The position numbers and the translations under genes are program-made. From the IMG/VR virus record IMGVR_UViG_3300042356_002208: 64,000 nucleotides of DNA. One strand, written 5' to 3'. The notes beneath the pieces were generated by a model. It did no database searches. It was not told the DNA's origin and was given only the letters and a program-made list of their open reading frames with translations. Below, piece by piece: positions 1-9,672 of the stretch; within the stretch, counting starts at the first letter, position 1, and each line of letters begins with the position of its first letter. This DNA comes from an uncultured virus (IMG/VR IMGVR_UViG_3300042356_002208). Its lineage: Duplodnaviria; Heunggongvirae; Uroviricota; Caudoviricetes.

Positions 1-626
1 TTAGAAAACATACCGTCGTTGGATATCCTATATACGCCACCTTCATCATATTCACATTTTATGTTACCATGTTTAGCTATAGAATAATTGAAAGCCCAAT
101 CAAGATAGGGTATTTTAGAAAGCCATTCTGATGTCTCTGAAGATTCACGTCTCCACATTCTCCCGAAAGTTACCCAATTGTTTTCGATCATATCCTCCTG
201 AGTAACGACATCTTTTAATGGGTGATGGTGAACGGAAAAGTTCCCGTTCTCGTCCATGGTTTTATATCCGGATGAGATCATAGAGAAGTCCCGATTTCCC
301 GCAAGGAAATTATACTTCATCATGATATGTCCAGGATTGGTAAAATAATCGTCTCCATCTATATGAGCAATATATTTTCCCTTAGCCATCGATATTAGCA
401 ATTTCAGATTTTCAAAAGCGCCAATATTGGATTCGCTCTCCACTATTTTAAGGTTCTCTATATGTGAGAATTTTTCCCTAAGAATAGAATTAGTATTATC
501 CTCCGAATGGTCGTCCCTGATTATTATTTCGTGATCTACTTCTATATTCTGTGAAATTATAGATTCGATACACTGACTAATATATTTTTCGAATTTATAT
601 GCTGTGACTATTATACTTATTTCCAT
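1..626 (-). CDS. Glycosyltransferase family 2 (runs off window edge)
   Basis: Not in the ORF track. Manual translation from ATG at 626: MEISIIVTAYKFEKYISQCIESIISQ..EIIIRDDHSEDNT..YIAHIDGDDY, a typical GT-A N-terminus with DxD motif. Confidence 0.85.
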   Translation of the reverse strand, partial: MEISIIVTAYKFEKYISQCIESIISQNIEVDHEIIIRDDHSEDNTNSILREKFSHIENLKIVESESNIGAFENLKLLISMAKGKYIAHIDGDDYFTNPGHIMMKYNFLAGNRDFSMISSGYKTMDENGNFSVHHHPLKDVVTQEDMIENNWVTFGRMWRRESSETSEWLSKIPYLDWAFNYSIAKHGNIKCEYDEGGVYRISNDGMFS

Positions 627-1211
627 TTATAGATCTAATTGATTTATCGAGGTGTATTTACCAGGAGCAGAGATTGATTTGTATACGCCACTATTTAATC
701 CTATGGTAACATCGTCACATATGGATACCTTTTCCCTTATTGACGAATTTGTTCCCAAGTATACACGATCTCCTATTTTAACATCTCCCGAAACTATTGA
801 TCCGGGCATGGCAGAGAAATAATCTCCTATGATTGAATCGTGTCCTATGTGGCATCCTCGGTTTAAAATACAATGATCTCCTATTTTCACATTAGTTGTA
901 ATGATGCTATAAGCGCCAATGAAAGATCCTTGTCCAACTTGAAAATCATCCGATGCTATAACAGTGGGATGGACAAATGAAAAGTATTGTGTTTCTTTTG
1001 GTAGTTTTTTTATTATGCTCTCCCTATCTTTCGAATCGCCTACTGCCACCATAATCTCCCAGTGGAGAGGGTTGAATTTAGAAAGAGGCATTAAATAGCT
1101 ATCCCCGGGGACATAGAAACTATCGTCTACGAATTTGGTTATTTTAATACCCATTTGGAACTCAACCTCTCTGGCATGTCCACCGTTACCTATTAAAGCT
1201 ATATTAATCAT
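627..1211 (-). CDS. NeuD/PglD-type sugar acetyltransferase (hexapeptide repeat)
   Basis: IGNGGHAREV N-terminus, FVHPT, IGHD and left-handed beta-helix hexapeptides. Confidence 0.85.
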   Translation of the reverse strand: MINIALIGNGGHAREVEFQMGIKITKFVDDSFYVPGDSYLMPLSKFNPLHWEIMVAVGDSKDRESIIKKLPKETQYFSFVHPTVIASDDFQVGQGSFIGAYSIITTNVKIGDHCILNRGCHIGHDSIIGDYFSAMPGSIVSGDVKIGDRVYLGTNSSIREKVSICDDVTIGLNSGVYKSISAPGKYTSINQLDL

Positions 1212-2545
1212 CTTGACGAGTTATTTATATCATAAGCAGATTCCTCGGTTCCTATGTGTTCACAAACACTATCCATCATGCTATACGAAACATACTTTTC
1301 TGATAGCCCCTTGGCGAAATCCAATTCGAAATGAGAATCGTTATCAGTGTATATCCTCGACCAATCAAATTCAGATAATCTCTTCGTGTCCCATACTCCG
1401 GGTCTGAACCCGAAATAAGGCCAATTTATATAGTAACACCAAAAACCGGGGTCTCCCGATTTTGCCATAATTTTAGAGTCCAAGAAAAGATTACTCAGAA
1501 TTTCTTTCTCCTTATCAAAATACCATTCCCAAAAAATGCCATCGGTTTTAGGTTTCATGTCTTCCGGAAAATCTCTGATCTCCTGGGAAACCCCAACATA
1601 AGCCACATCTTCTTTCCTTTTAATAAAAGATATGATTTCGGACAAATAGAATTCTTTATCGAATCTCCAATCGTCCTCCGTATGAAAAACAAAATCGCAC
1701 ATATCTTCTACTTCGGATTTCCATTTGCCCATAATCTCTCTGTGTCTCTTCTTGTCCGATATTGTATCTGCTCCAAATCTAAAATTATAGATTCTAGCTA
1801 ACGGGAATTTTTTTCTTATAATCGATTCCATTTCATCTCGATCCTCATTAGAAGAAGAGTCATCAAAGTGCAAAAAATATTTTATCAGATGTTTATCCTT
1901 ACAATTCCTAGATAGAGTTTCTATGGTTGTTTTAAAAAGTGGTAATCTCCTTGAAGTCGTTATCGAGAGAGCTATTATTTCATTTGATTTCTTTGTAAAG
2001 CTTCCCCATAGAACGTCCTTAAATTCTTCATACTTATAAGGGATTAAATTTAGTTCTGGTAGATATCTTTCGAGATTTCTAAAAAAAGACTCAGAGTTGG
2101 TAAGCCACCCTATTGATTCCGAAATTGCGTGATATTCTAGGGGATCGTGCTCGTAATCGTGTAGCATGATAACGTCACCATCTTTCATAAACCTAGAGAG
2201 TATCTTGAATTCGGTTTCTTTGTCTCCACCATCGCATAGAATTAAGGTCCTTCCCGAAGTCTGTATTAGACTCTTTATCTCGCTTAATGTTTCTAGATTA
2301 AAGAAATCACATACTCTGAATCTAACATTGCTTAGATCCTCCACTATTCTATAGGAAGGATTATTATCATAGGAAAATATTAAAGACCCGTCTTTTACAT
2401 TTTGGGATAACCATTTAGTGAAAACCCCAGTAAATGTTCCTATCTCTATGATGAGATCGAATTTTCTAATAACCCCATTAAATGGCTCTTCGATAAATTT
2501 GCTCTGAGCCGATCTCTGATTGTCTATCCAAAGAAATGGATCCAT
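1208..2545 (-). CDS. Fusion of SAM-methyltransferase-like and glycosyltransferase-like domains
   Basis: N-terminal IIEIGTFTG..DGG..MLHDY; C-terminal ITTSRR..DDSS..FHTEDDW..EHIG. Confidence 0.6.
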   Translation of the reverse strand: MDPFLWIDNQRSAQSKFIEEPFNGVIRKFDLIIEIGTFTGVFTKWLSQNVKDGSLIFSYDNNPSYRIVEDLSNVRFRVCDFFNLETLSEIKSLIQTSGRTLILCDGGDKETEFKILSRFMKDGDVIMLHDYEHDPLEYHAISESIGWLTNSESFFRNLERYLPELNLIPYKYEEFKDVLWGSFTKKSNEIIALSITTSRRLPLFKTTIETLSRNCKDKHLIKYFLHFDDSSSNEDRDEMESIIRKKFPLARIYNFRFGADTISDKKRHREIMGKWKSEVEDMCDFVFHTEDDWRFDKEFYLSEIISFIKRKEDVAYVGVSQEIRDFPEDMKPKTDGIFWEWYFDKEKEILSNLFLDSKIMAKSGDPGFWCYYINWPYFGFRPGVWDTKRLSEFDWSRIYTDNDSHFELDFAKGLSEKYVSYSMMDSVCEHIGTEESAYDINNSSR

Positions 2546-2548
2546 ATT

Positions 2549-3178
2549 TTATGATTTATAAATTTCATATTTACTTAAATCCGGATAAGGAAGCTCTAAA
2601 TCTTCCATGTTCTTCTTAGTCCCATCCATGTTATAAAACTGATTCATCATCAGGAGACCTCTAGCTGATAATTCCGGCATCATATAGAAGTTCCATCCTA
2701 ACATATCAAAGTGGTCGTCGTGATAAGAGCATTCTCTTCTTCCGCTATATCGAGCTCTCTTAAACCAATGATAAGCCTCTAAATTATCGGTTAGAATTGC
2801 TCCACCCTTACTTAACTTAAAGTGCTTATATGGCCCAGTGAAAGATAGACACATGTGAGTACGTGGAATATACATATCAGCGGTAAATCTTAGAGCAGAG
2901 TCCCAGATATTGGTTGGCTCTAGCTGATATGCTCCCTTTATTGTTTTACCTCTTACCTCTTTGAATTTTACCTTACCCCCAGCGTGTATGATCTCGCAGG
3001 GAACTGATGGATAAGTTCTGGATGGAATTGTTATCGACTTTCCTTTGACCCCTTCAAACATCATAGCTAAGAATAAAGCGTTGGATTGATTGTCTACAGT
3101 AACTGCATAAGGTGCTCCTGTATAATCGCAAAGAGCCTTTTCGAAATCTTCCGTTATTTTATAAACACCATTAGCCAT
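2549..3178 (-). CDS. Short DegT/DnrJ/EryC1-like sugar aminotransferase
   Basis: FEKALCDYTGAPYAVTV, DSA, CLSF..KHF..GGAILT, GWNFYM. Confidence 0.8.
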   Translation of the reverse strand: MANGVYKITEDFEKALCDYTGAPYAVTVDNQSNALFLAMMFEGVKGKSITIPSRTYPSVPCEIIHAGGKVKFKEVRGKTIKGAYQLEPTNIWDSALRFTADMYIPRTHMCLSFTGPYKHFKLSKGGAILTDNLEAYHWFKRARYSGRRECSYHDDHFDMLGWNFYMMPELSARGLLMMNQFYNMDGTKKNMEDLELPYPDLSKYEIYKS

Positions 3179-3221
3179 AACTTTTTATTTGTTTTAGTAT
3201 GACTTTGGTGATTTATTCCAA

Positions 3222-3806
3222 TCAATTTGAAATTTCGTAAAACTTATCTAGTATGGTATCCACCCTTTTTTGAATTTCGTCATCTTCGGTGGTTTCCAGA
3301 ATAAGATGAGCAAAAGTAGCAATTATAGATACCAGATGAGAATATTGAGGATATGAAGTTGCATATGAGTCTTTCTTCTGTAATCCTATCACATCTATTA
3401 AAATGCTTTCTAAGTAGTTTACTGATGATTCTATATCCCCTGATATAATCTCTTTGGTTTCATCATCATCCGTAGAAATCATTGTATCTAGATAATCCTG
3501 TAGATCCGAAGATATCTCCTCCAGATCTTTTCTTGTGTTTGTTAGTAATTGTGCTATTTGCATAGCATCGGCTTTTGCTATCTTGGTTACCAATTCTCTT
3601 GGAACTTTAACTATTGATTTTGGTCCATCTATAAGCTGTACCCTAATAAAATCATTATCTATAGATAAAACCTGACCAACCCCTCTATATGAGTTAACGT
3701 AGTCCCCCTCTACTATCTCGGGTGAGCTGTCATCATGAAAATAAGACTCAGGATCTTTCATAAAAGCATCCAGGTCGAAATTCTCGTACAGTCTAACGTG
3801 TTTCAT
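3222..3806 (-). CDS. Hypothetical protein with N-terminal MKHVRLYENF tag
   Basis: ORF track; shared N-terminal motif. Confidence 0.7.
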   Translation of the reverse strand: MKHVRLYENFDLDAFMKDPESYFHDDSSPEIVEGDYVNSYRGVGQVLSIDNDFIRVQLIDGPKSIVKVPRELVTKIAKADAMQIAQLLTNTRKDLEEISSDLQDYLDTMISTDDDETKEIISGDIESSVNYLESILIDVIGLQKKDSYATSYPQYSHLVSIIATFAHLILETTEDDEIQKRVDTILDKFYEISN

Positions 3807-4015
3807 TAATTTCCTTTTCTGAACATTTTCTTAGCCTCTTCATAATCCTCTTTAGAAAGATCCCAACCATCATGAGATTTAGCTATGAATTTTTTAGCCT
3901 CCTCGTAAGCAGGATATTTCACGCTGCTAAAGAAGAATTCTAAATCATTGTAAATAACTGGGCTTACCCCTCTTTTTTCAAAAAGAAAATCGTTATACTC
4001 TTTAAGGTTTTCCAT
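3806..4015 (-). CDS. Small hypothetical protein with N-terminal tag
   Basis: MENLKEYNDFLFE; stop overlaps next start. Confidence 0.65.
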   Translation of the reverse strand: MENLKEYNDFLFEKRGVSPVIYNDLEFFFSSVKYPAYEEAKKFIAKSHDGWDLSKEDYEEAKKMFRKGN

Positions 4016-4027
4016 TTTTTGATTTTT

Positions 4028-4312
4028 TTATTTATATATCTTTTCTACTACTAGCTCTAGATCACCAGATCCTTTTATTAATCTGTGCCATTCACCCTTA
4101 GATATTTTGATCCTGTTCTCTATTTTCTGAGGTAACTTGTTATCCAACTGTATTAGCCAGTCCGTTTCATGGACCCTGTGTATTATTCTATCTTCCTCGT
4201 CCCAATGCCACTTAAATTCTTCCGAATCAGTGTCCTGTGAAAATTTTCTTATAACCTTTTCAATCTGACCGGTAGAAATTACCGTTTCATTGTATGCTGC
4301 ATTCTTTACCAC
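4028..4312 (-). CDS. Cupin-like phage protein
   Basis: WHWDEEDR..W..Q.DN..P..I.KGEWHRLIKG. Confidence 0.55.
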   Translation of the reverse strand: MVKNAAYNETVISTGQIEKVIRKFSQDTDSEEFKWHWDEEDRIIHRVHETDWLIQLDNKLPQKIENRIKISKGEWHRLIKGSGDLELVVEKIYK

Positions 4313-4890
4313 GGTCTGCTAGATTTAATACCTAATAGTTTTCTATATCTCGCAACATTACAAGACCACCATTTAGCTTTCCATCTAGGTCCGGGATTAT
4401 CACATCTCATTCTCTTTCTGAATGATCTTGCTTTAGCTGGATCGTCATTATTTACTCTCATTCCTGGCTGGCCAAACCCAACCTTTACAATGTTTCCTGA
4501 TTCATTCTTGGTGTAAACTGCAAATTTTCTAGGACCTCCTGGAGTTCTAAATGGTTTATTTAGATCAACCTTTCTACCTCTGTACTCTGCTTCGTCGATA
4601 TCATCCCATAGATAAAAAGGAACATCTAATAATACTTCCTCTCCCTCATAGATGCCGGTTCTTCCTGCATCTGTTCCTATCAGAAATAAATCATCCTCCT
4701 CCAGTTCTATGTCTCCTCTTTCCCATAGAATCCTAGCTTCGTTTACTAGATCCAGCCAAGCTTCTGACTCTATACGATAGACACTTTCCATTAGCGGTAA
4801 ATTCCTATCTAGATGATATCCCAAGCCCTCACTTATTTGGCCTTTTTCTTTGCCGTAGGAGAGCGATTCGAATGTTCTGATGTGTTTCAT
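4306..4890 (-). CDS. Conserved large-phage protein with basic C-terminal domain and N-terminal tag
   Basis: MKHIRTFE; KPFRTPGGPRKFAVY..KVGFG..SFRKRMRC..WWSC. Confidence 0.7.
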   Translation of the reverse strand: MKHIRTFESLSYGKEKGQISEGLGYHLDRNLPLMESVYRIESEAWLDLVNEARILWERGDIELEEDDLFLIGTDAGRTGIYEGEEVLLDVPFYLWDDIDEAEYRGRKVDLNKPFRTPGGPRKFAVYTKNESGNIVKVGFGQPGMRVNNDDPAKARSFRKRMRCDNPGPRWKAKWWSCNVARYRKLLGIKSSRPW

Positions 4891-5040
4891 TGTTTAATGA
4901 TCTTAAGTTCCTATACGAGCTTAAAATGATTCCTTTTCGTCACTCTAATGCTTCCTTCTATATATCGATACACACATCCGCATAAATTATTAAAAAATAA
5001 ATATATAATATGAGGTTCAATACAATTTTTTTATATAAAA

Positions 5041-5072
5041 TTTTTTTGTTCCGTTTAGATGGCATAACTTTG
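5041..5072 (+). promoter_or_regulatory. Bacteroidota-type promoter of the sigma gene
   Basis: TAACTTTG (TAnnTTTG) at 5065-5072 with upstream T-tract/TTTG. Confidence 0.55.
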
Positions 5073-5109
5073 TGAAGTTATTAACATCGAGTAAAAAAAA
5101 TAAAAGACC

Positions 5110-6012
5110 ATGAGACAGTTTAAAATCTCCGACAAGTTAACTCCCAGAATGACTAAGGCAGCTGGGTCTTATTTGGGGGATCTGGAGAAAACAAAGCTCA
5201 TCTCTCCTGAAAGAGAAGTTGAGTTGGCTAGACTAGCAGCTAGTGGCGATGAAGACGCCAGAAACGAGCTAGTTACGGCCAATCTTAGATTCGTGGTCTC
5301 TGTTGCTAAGATGTACGCTAGCAACCCTGAAGATTTCGCTGACGTTGTTGCAGCTGGAAACATGGGACTAATAGAGGCCGCGGAAAAATTTGATCCAACG
5401 AGAGGATTCAAATTTATATCGTTTGCCGTATGGTACATTAGAAAAGAAATGATTAATTATCTAAACGATAATTCTAGAACTATCAGAGTTCCTATTAACC
5501 AAGGTGCTATACTCCGGGATATGATGAAAACCGGCAATGAGATTTCTATGAGAGAGGGTAGGGAAGCTACTTTTGACGAGTCTTTCGAAGAACTAGTTTC
5601 CAAGAATGAAAAATACGCAAGTACCAAGAAAGAATCCCTATTACTATCAACTCAGGCCGATCATAAATTAGCATCCCTGACAAATCCTCTCACGTCAGAC
5701 TCAGACTCTGGATCCTTAATAGATATTCTTGATTCGGGGGTAGACCACAGTGATGAAGGATTAAAAGGAGGGGATTTTAAGAAGATCATCAAAATCCTAT
5801 CTAAAGCTCTAACCGAGACAGAAAGAGATATAGTATTTAAAAAACACGGCATCTCAGATGACAATATCTACTGTTTTGAGGAAAGCTTCGGAGAAATCGC
5901 TATCCGATTAGAAAGAACTCCGGAGAGCATTAGACAGAAATACAATAAGTCTCTTAGAAAAATGTGGGCTTATGCTAGAAGGGTTGGAATTCGTATTTAC
6001 GATGTGATGTAA
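5110..6012 (+). CDS. Sigma-70 family RNA polymerase sigma factor, Bacteroidota primary-sigma-like
   Basis: MRQFKI.., ANLRFVVSVAK, GNMGLIEAAEKFDPTRGFKFISFAVWYIR, RTIRVP, C-terminal HTH. Confidence 0.95.
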   Translation: MRQFKISDKLTPRMTKAAGSYLGDLEKTKLISPEREVELARLAASGDEDARNELVTANLRFVVSVAKMYASNPEDFADVVAAGNMGLIEAAEKFDPTRGFKFISFAVWYIRKEMINYLNDNSRTIRVPINQGAILRDMMKTGNEISMREGREATFDESFEELVSKNEKYASTKKESLLLSTQADHKLASLTNPLTSDSDSGSLIDILDSGVDHSDEGLKGGDFKKIIKILSKALTETERDIVFKKHGISDDNIYCFEESFGEIAIRLERTPESIRQKYNKSLRKMWAYARRVGIRIYDVM

Positions 6013-6037
6013 TTTGTTAACTTTTAAAACATAAACA

Positions 6038-6496
6038 ATGGCTTGGAGCGAGAAATTCAGATCTGGATTAAGAAGACTCAGAAGAATTATCTTTACAAGA
6101 TGGGGAAGAATAGTAAGATCTGGCTCAAATAATAGGAAGTTAAAAAGACCACAGAAGCTATCTAAATCAGAGGATACCGCACTGCAGATATTTTTAGAGA
6201 TACTTCACGATAGAGAGAGTAAATTATATTATGATATTACTACTCAGGAGTGCTACATATCATCGCCTGATAAAAAGATATTCATCTTTCTAGAGAGCAG
6301 AAATGTTAAGATCATCAATTCCGTTTTTGGGTATGATGTTCACATTAGCATGGCTCTAGAACATTATATGTCGGAGAAGTTCATTAGGGAGATGGCAATT
6401 AGAAGAAACGCTTTCAAGAATGAGGTCCTGTCTAGGATCAACCATTCTCTGGATAGCACATTAGAGAAAATTAGAAAGAAAAATGGAATTAGGTAA
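6038..6496 (+). CDS. Hypothetical basic protein
   Basis: ORF track; follows sigma gene with A-rich leader. Confidence 0.7.
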   Translation: MAWSEKFRSGLRRLRRIIFTRWGRIVRSGSNNRKLKRPQKLSKSEDTALQIFLEILHDRESKLYYDITTQECYISSPDKKIFIFLESRNVKIINSVFGYDVHISMALEHYMSEKFIREMAIRRNAFKNEVLSRINHSLDSTLEKIRKKNGIR

Positions 6497-6626
6497 ACAG
6501 AAAATTTCGATAATGATGCCTCTGCTTAAAGAGATATGTTATCAACACGGTCTTATTATAAATAGGGCTAAAGATTTCAAGATAGCAAGATGGATTCTTG
6601 CTCATAGGATTAATTGCGAATCATAG
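6483..6626 (+). CDS. Small hypothetical protein (47 aa)
   Basis: Manual translation MELGKQKISIMMPLLKEIC...; overlaps upstream stop and fills gap. Confidence 0.45.
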   Translation: MELGKQKISIMMPLLKEICYQHGLIINRAKDFKIARWILAHRINCES

Positions 6627-7517
6627 TAGGTGTCTCATACCAAGAAATCCTGCTAGAGCTCTATAAGCTTTAGCTTCTTCGTCGGTTAATCCGGGTAGAT
6701 CTTTATAAAGAAGAACCTTGTCCTCATCGGGTATATCTTCCCATACTTTTCTTAAAACTTCACCATATTCAAGATCTTTCTCGCTCATCTCATCCACTAT
6801 GAGAACAGCGGTATCTTTGGACAACGGATTTTCTGAAAACCACGATGAATGGTACCTTAAGTATCCAAGTGATACCAGATCATCTATTCCCTTGAGAGAT
6901 GATATATTGTTACCGTATAGGCTAATGCTCCCTCCAATTTCATTTGGGATTCCAGTTAAATCTTTTAGATAGTTATCAGCACAGTTAAAATCCCCTTCTA
7001 TTTTTCTAGGTGCACCCACCATTGTCTCTAGTCTGTTATCAGGACAACTAAAATCTCCTCCGATATATTCGGGTGAACCGACTAAAGATTCCAGCAGGTT
7101 GTCTCTTACCGACATAGGACCGTTTACTCTAGCGGGAGATCCTTCCATACTAACTAATTCATTTCCACCCGCGTGATAGGTATTAACCTCTTTTGGTCCA
7201 CCTATAAGATTCTTTAATAAGTTTTTACTGCAAACGAAGTCTTTTACTCTTTCCGGAGAACCATCTAAGGAGGTCAGTTTATTTCCATTGCATCTGAATT
7301 GTTCCTTAACGTCTCCAAATTCGATACCTTTAAAATCAGTTAATCCTTGATTAGAACAATCGAAAGATCCATTAACGTCTATTTTTCCCGTTGCCGGATT
7401 ATACTTCCAAGATCCCTCCGTACACTTATCTAACCAAGAAAGCTGTTCCCTATTAAACACCTTCCGGATCGGCTCTGCTTCGTTTTCAAATACCCTATAT
7501 GTGACCAGGTTTTTCAT
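6621..7517 (-). CDS. Diverged leucine-rich repeat protein, same family as the LRR array
   Basis: Same N-cap (WLDKCTEGSWKYNPATGKIDV..GLTDFKGI.FG), CxxN.L.SL.G.P repeats and C-cap (W..IP.ED..LLY). Confidence 0.85.
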   Translation of the reverse strand: MKNLVTYRVFENEAEPIRKVFNREQLSWLDKCTEGSWKYNPATGKIDVNGSFDCSNQGLTDFKGIEFGDVKEQFRCNGNKLTSLDGSPERVKDFVCSKNLLKNLIGGPKEVNTYHAGGNELVSMEGSPARVNGPMSVRDNLLESLVGSPEYIGGDFSCPDNRLETMVGAPRKIEGDFNCADNYLKDLTGIPNEIGGSISLYGNNISSLKGIDDLVSLGYLRYHSSWFSENPLSKDTAVLIVDEMSEKDLEYGEVLRKVWEDIPDEDKVLLYKDLPGLTDEEAKAYRALAGFLGMRHLL

Positions 7518-7557
7518 TCTCCCTTATATATCTAAAATTTTGGATATATAGAGTATC

Positions 7558-7869
7558 ATGGAAAACATAGAATTATACGAGAACTTCTCCCAGGAAAGGG
7601 AGATTGAGCTGACATCAAGATCTGGAAGAAAGATCAATCTTATCGTTCTGGGAGGGAGAATAACTTCCATAGAAAATAACTCTGGTGTAAATTTTCCATA
7701 TTCCCCCGGTCAGCACTATACAAGAAATATTGAAACATGGGCTTGTAATAACGGATTTCTAATAGATGGAAAATCTCCATGTCCGGAAAAAAAGATCTTT
7801 GGCGTTAAAGTAAGTGATGTACCTGCTGGGCACGAATGGAGAATGATTTATCCAGGTAAGTTCAGATAG
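7558..7869 (+). CDS. Hypothetical protein with N-terminal tag
   Basis: MENIELYENF; GATATATA upstream. Confidence 0.7.
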   Translation: MENIELYENFSQEREIELTSRSGRKINLIVLGGRITSIENNSGVNFPYSPGQHYTRNIETWACNNGFLIDGKSPCPEKKIFGVKVSDVPAGHEWRMIYPGKFR

Positions 7870-7871
7870 AA

Positions 7872-8384
7872 CTATTTAACATCTATCCACTTTGCTGGAT
7901 CTTGCGGATCCTCTTTGAATTCAATTTCCTTTCTATCCCTTTCTATCTCAACCTCGCTGTCTTCTATTCCTTTAAACACATCAGAGAACGAATCAGGTAG
8001 TAAGTTAAGATATCCCCTGGTCACTTTCTTGAGGTAGATAGCAGCTCCAGTGTACATGGTAGATGAAAATGGAATTGGGGATGTAAGTAGAATAACCGCA
8101 TAAGGAGCAAGTTTTGGAATATCCTTTAGCTGTTCGAGAGCGCTAGTAATTTCTTCTGGACTCGGAGCATCTCTTCTAGTTTCTAGATTTAATTTCTTTC
8201 TTAGCTGATAATTAAAAACCCTCATCATATCAGCAGTTTCTTTGCCCTCGTGTTTAAAAGCTCTAATAACATTCATAGCCACATGTTTAGCTCTTTTATA
8301 TGCTGATTTAACATCAGACCATGATATAGCCTCGTCTATGTGGGATAAATCAGAAAATACGTCGTATGGCTTTAGATGCTTCAT
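7872..8384 (-). CDS. Hypothetical protein with N-terminal tag
   Basis: MKHLKPYDVF. Confidence 0.7.
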   Translation of the reverse strand: MKHLKPYDVFSDLSHIDEAISWSDVKSAYKRAKHVAMNVIRAFKHEGKETADMMRVFNYQLRKKLNLETRRDAPSPEEITSALEQLKDIPKLAPYAVILLTSPIPFSSTMYTGAAIYLKKVTRGYLNLLPDSFSDVFKGIEDSEVEIERDRKEIEFKEDPQDPAKWIDVK

Positions 8385-9004
8385 TAGATCATTCCCTTTA
8401 TATTCTGATAGTAGTTGATGAGCAGATCTATTTTTTTATTATCCAAATTGATGAATTTTTTAATCTCATCAAATTTAGGGTAGTTAATGTACATTGATAT
8501 AAGCTCTGGTGAGTTCTCTATGGATCTAGCTATAGCCATATTCTCGTCGTCTTTGGTGCTCTTGCTATTGCTGCCCATGATTTCCTGAACATTACTGAAC
8601 ATTGAATTTAGTATGTTGGCTGATATTATTGGATTGGCTAAAGATGAAGAATCCATATCGCTTTCCTGTCGTTTAGGCTCCAAACCACACCATAATTCCC
8701 AATCCGGATAAATCTCCATGGAATCAGCAATATGATCTATTAAATCGCTAATATCCTGAATATCGGATAAGTCCTCGTACTCGTCCTCGTCTCCGCTAAA
8801 TTCTGTCCAAACATGATTAAAGAATTCCTGAAGAGTTAGACAGCTAGCTGCAACCATTAGAGTGGCTGCGTCACTACGATCATATGACCAGGAAGCGGTT
8901 AGACAGAATCCTTGGTACCTATTTTTAGATCCGATTTCCGGTTCTTGTCCTTGCCCTTGTTCCTCTTCAGATTCGAATAGTTTCCAGTTATTAAGGTGTT
9001 TCAT
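8384..9004 (-). CDS. Acidic hypothetical protein with N-terminal tag and LRR-family-like C-terminus
   Basis: MKHLNNWKLFE; ends YQNIKGMI. Confidence 0.7.
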   Translation of the reverse strand: MKHLNNWKLFESEEEQGQGQEPEIGSKNRYQGFCLTASWSYDRSDAATLMVAASCLTLQEFFNHVWTEFSGDEDEYEDLSDIQDISDLIDHIADSMEIYPDWELWCGLEPKRQESDMDSSSLANPIISANILNSMFSNVQEIMGSNSKSTKDDENMAIARSIENSPELISMYINYPKFDEIKKFINLDNKKIDLLINYYQNIKGMI

Positions 9005-9006
9005 AT

Positions 9007-9642
9007 TTATGTAAATTTCATAGCTGACCCGACATTGATCTTGGCATTCATGATCTTATTTATCCTGTCGTCGTCAATATTCAGTCTTTTGACTAATTTC
9101 TCTCTTACGTCATCGTCAGAGTTGGAGTAAACAGAAAGAAATATCTCAGGGTCTCCCTCTCTGAACATATGCTCCAGAAGATCGATCAGAATATCGTCGG
9201 GAATAGAATACTCGGAACCACTTTTCCAACCGCCAATCTTTTTCCCTACTCCTTTAAGATTAAGGCCCATTCCCATTGTCTTGTAAGTCCAGTTTAAAAG
9301 GTAAAGAAGGGAATCGTTCCAGTCTGCAGCATTTTTATAACGATCTCCATACTCTCTCTTGACCTTTGGTCTCATTTTATAAGTGATCCACGGGTAGTAG
9401 TTTCCCCTGTAGTATGTTCTGACTTGGCCGTTAGCCTGAACCGTCAGATACTTATAATCCCCATGTTTTGGGTGTTTAAGCTTAATAGTCAGATCATTCT
9501 CGCCTCTATCGGTAGAGATGTCTTCCCACCCCAAAGCAAGTAAAGCCTTGTATAGTGTAAGTTTTCTTACGTCATCGAGTCCGTATCCTAGATCATCCTT
9601 GGCGGATTCGAAAAGTTGCTGATATGTTTTTAGATTCTTCAT
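9007..9642 (-). CDS. Hypothetical protein with N-terminal tag
   Basis: MKNLKTYQQLFES, near-identical to LRR protein N-termini; AATATATA upstream. Confidence 0.7.
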   Translation of the reverse strand: MKNLKTYQQLFESAKDDLGYGLDDVRKLTLYKALLALGWEDISTDRGENDLTIKLKHPKHGDYKYLTVQANGQVRTYYRGNYYPWITYKMRPKVKREYGDRYKNAADWNDSLLYLLNWTYKTMGMGLNLKGVGKKIGGWKSGSEYSIPDDILIDLLEHMFREGDPEIFLSVYSNSDDDVREKLVKRLNIDDDRINKIMNAKINVGSAMKFT

Positions 9643-9672
9643 ATTTATTCGATATTCTATATATTGCTGACA

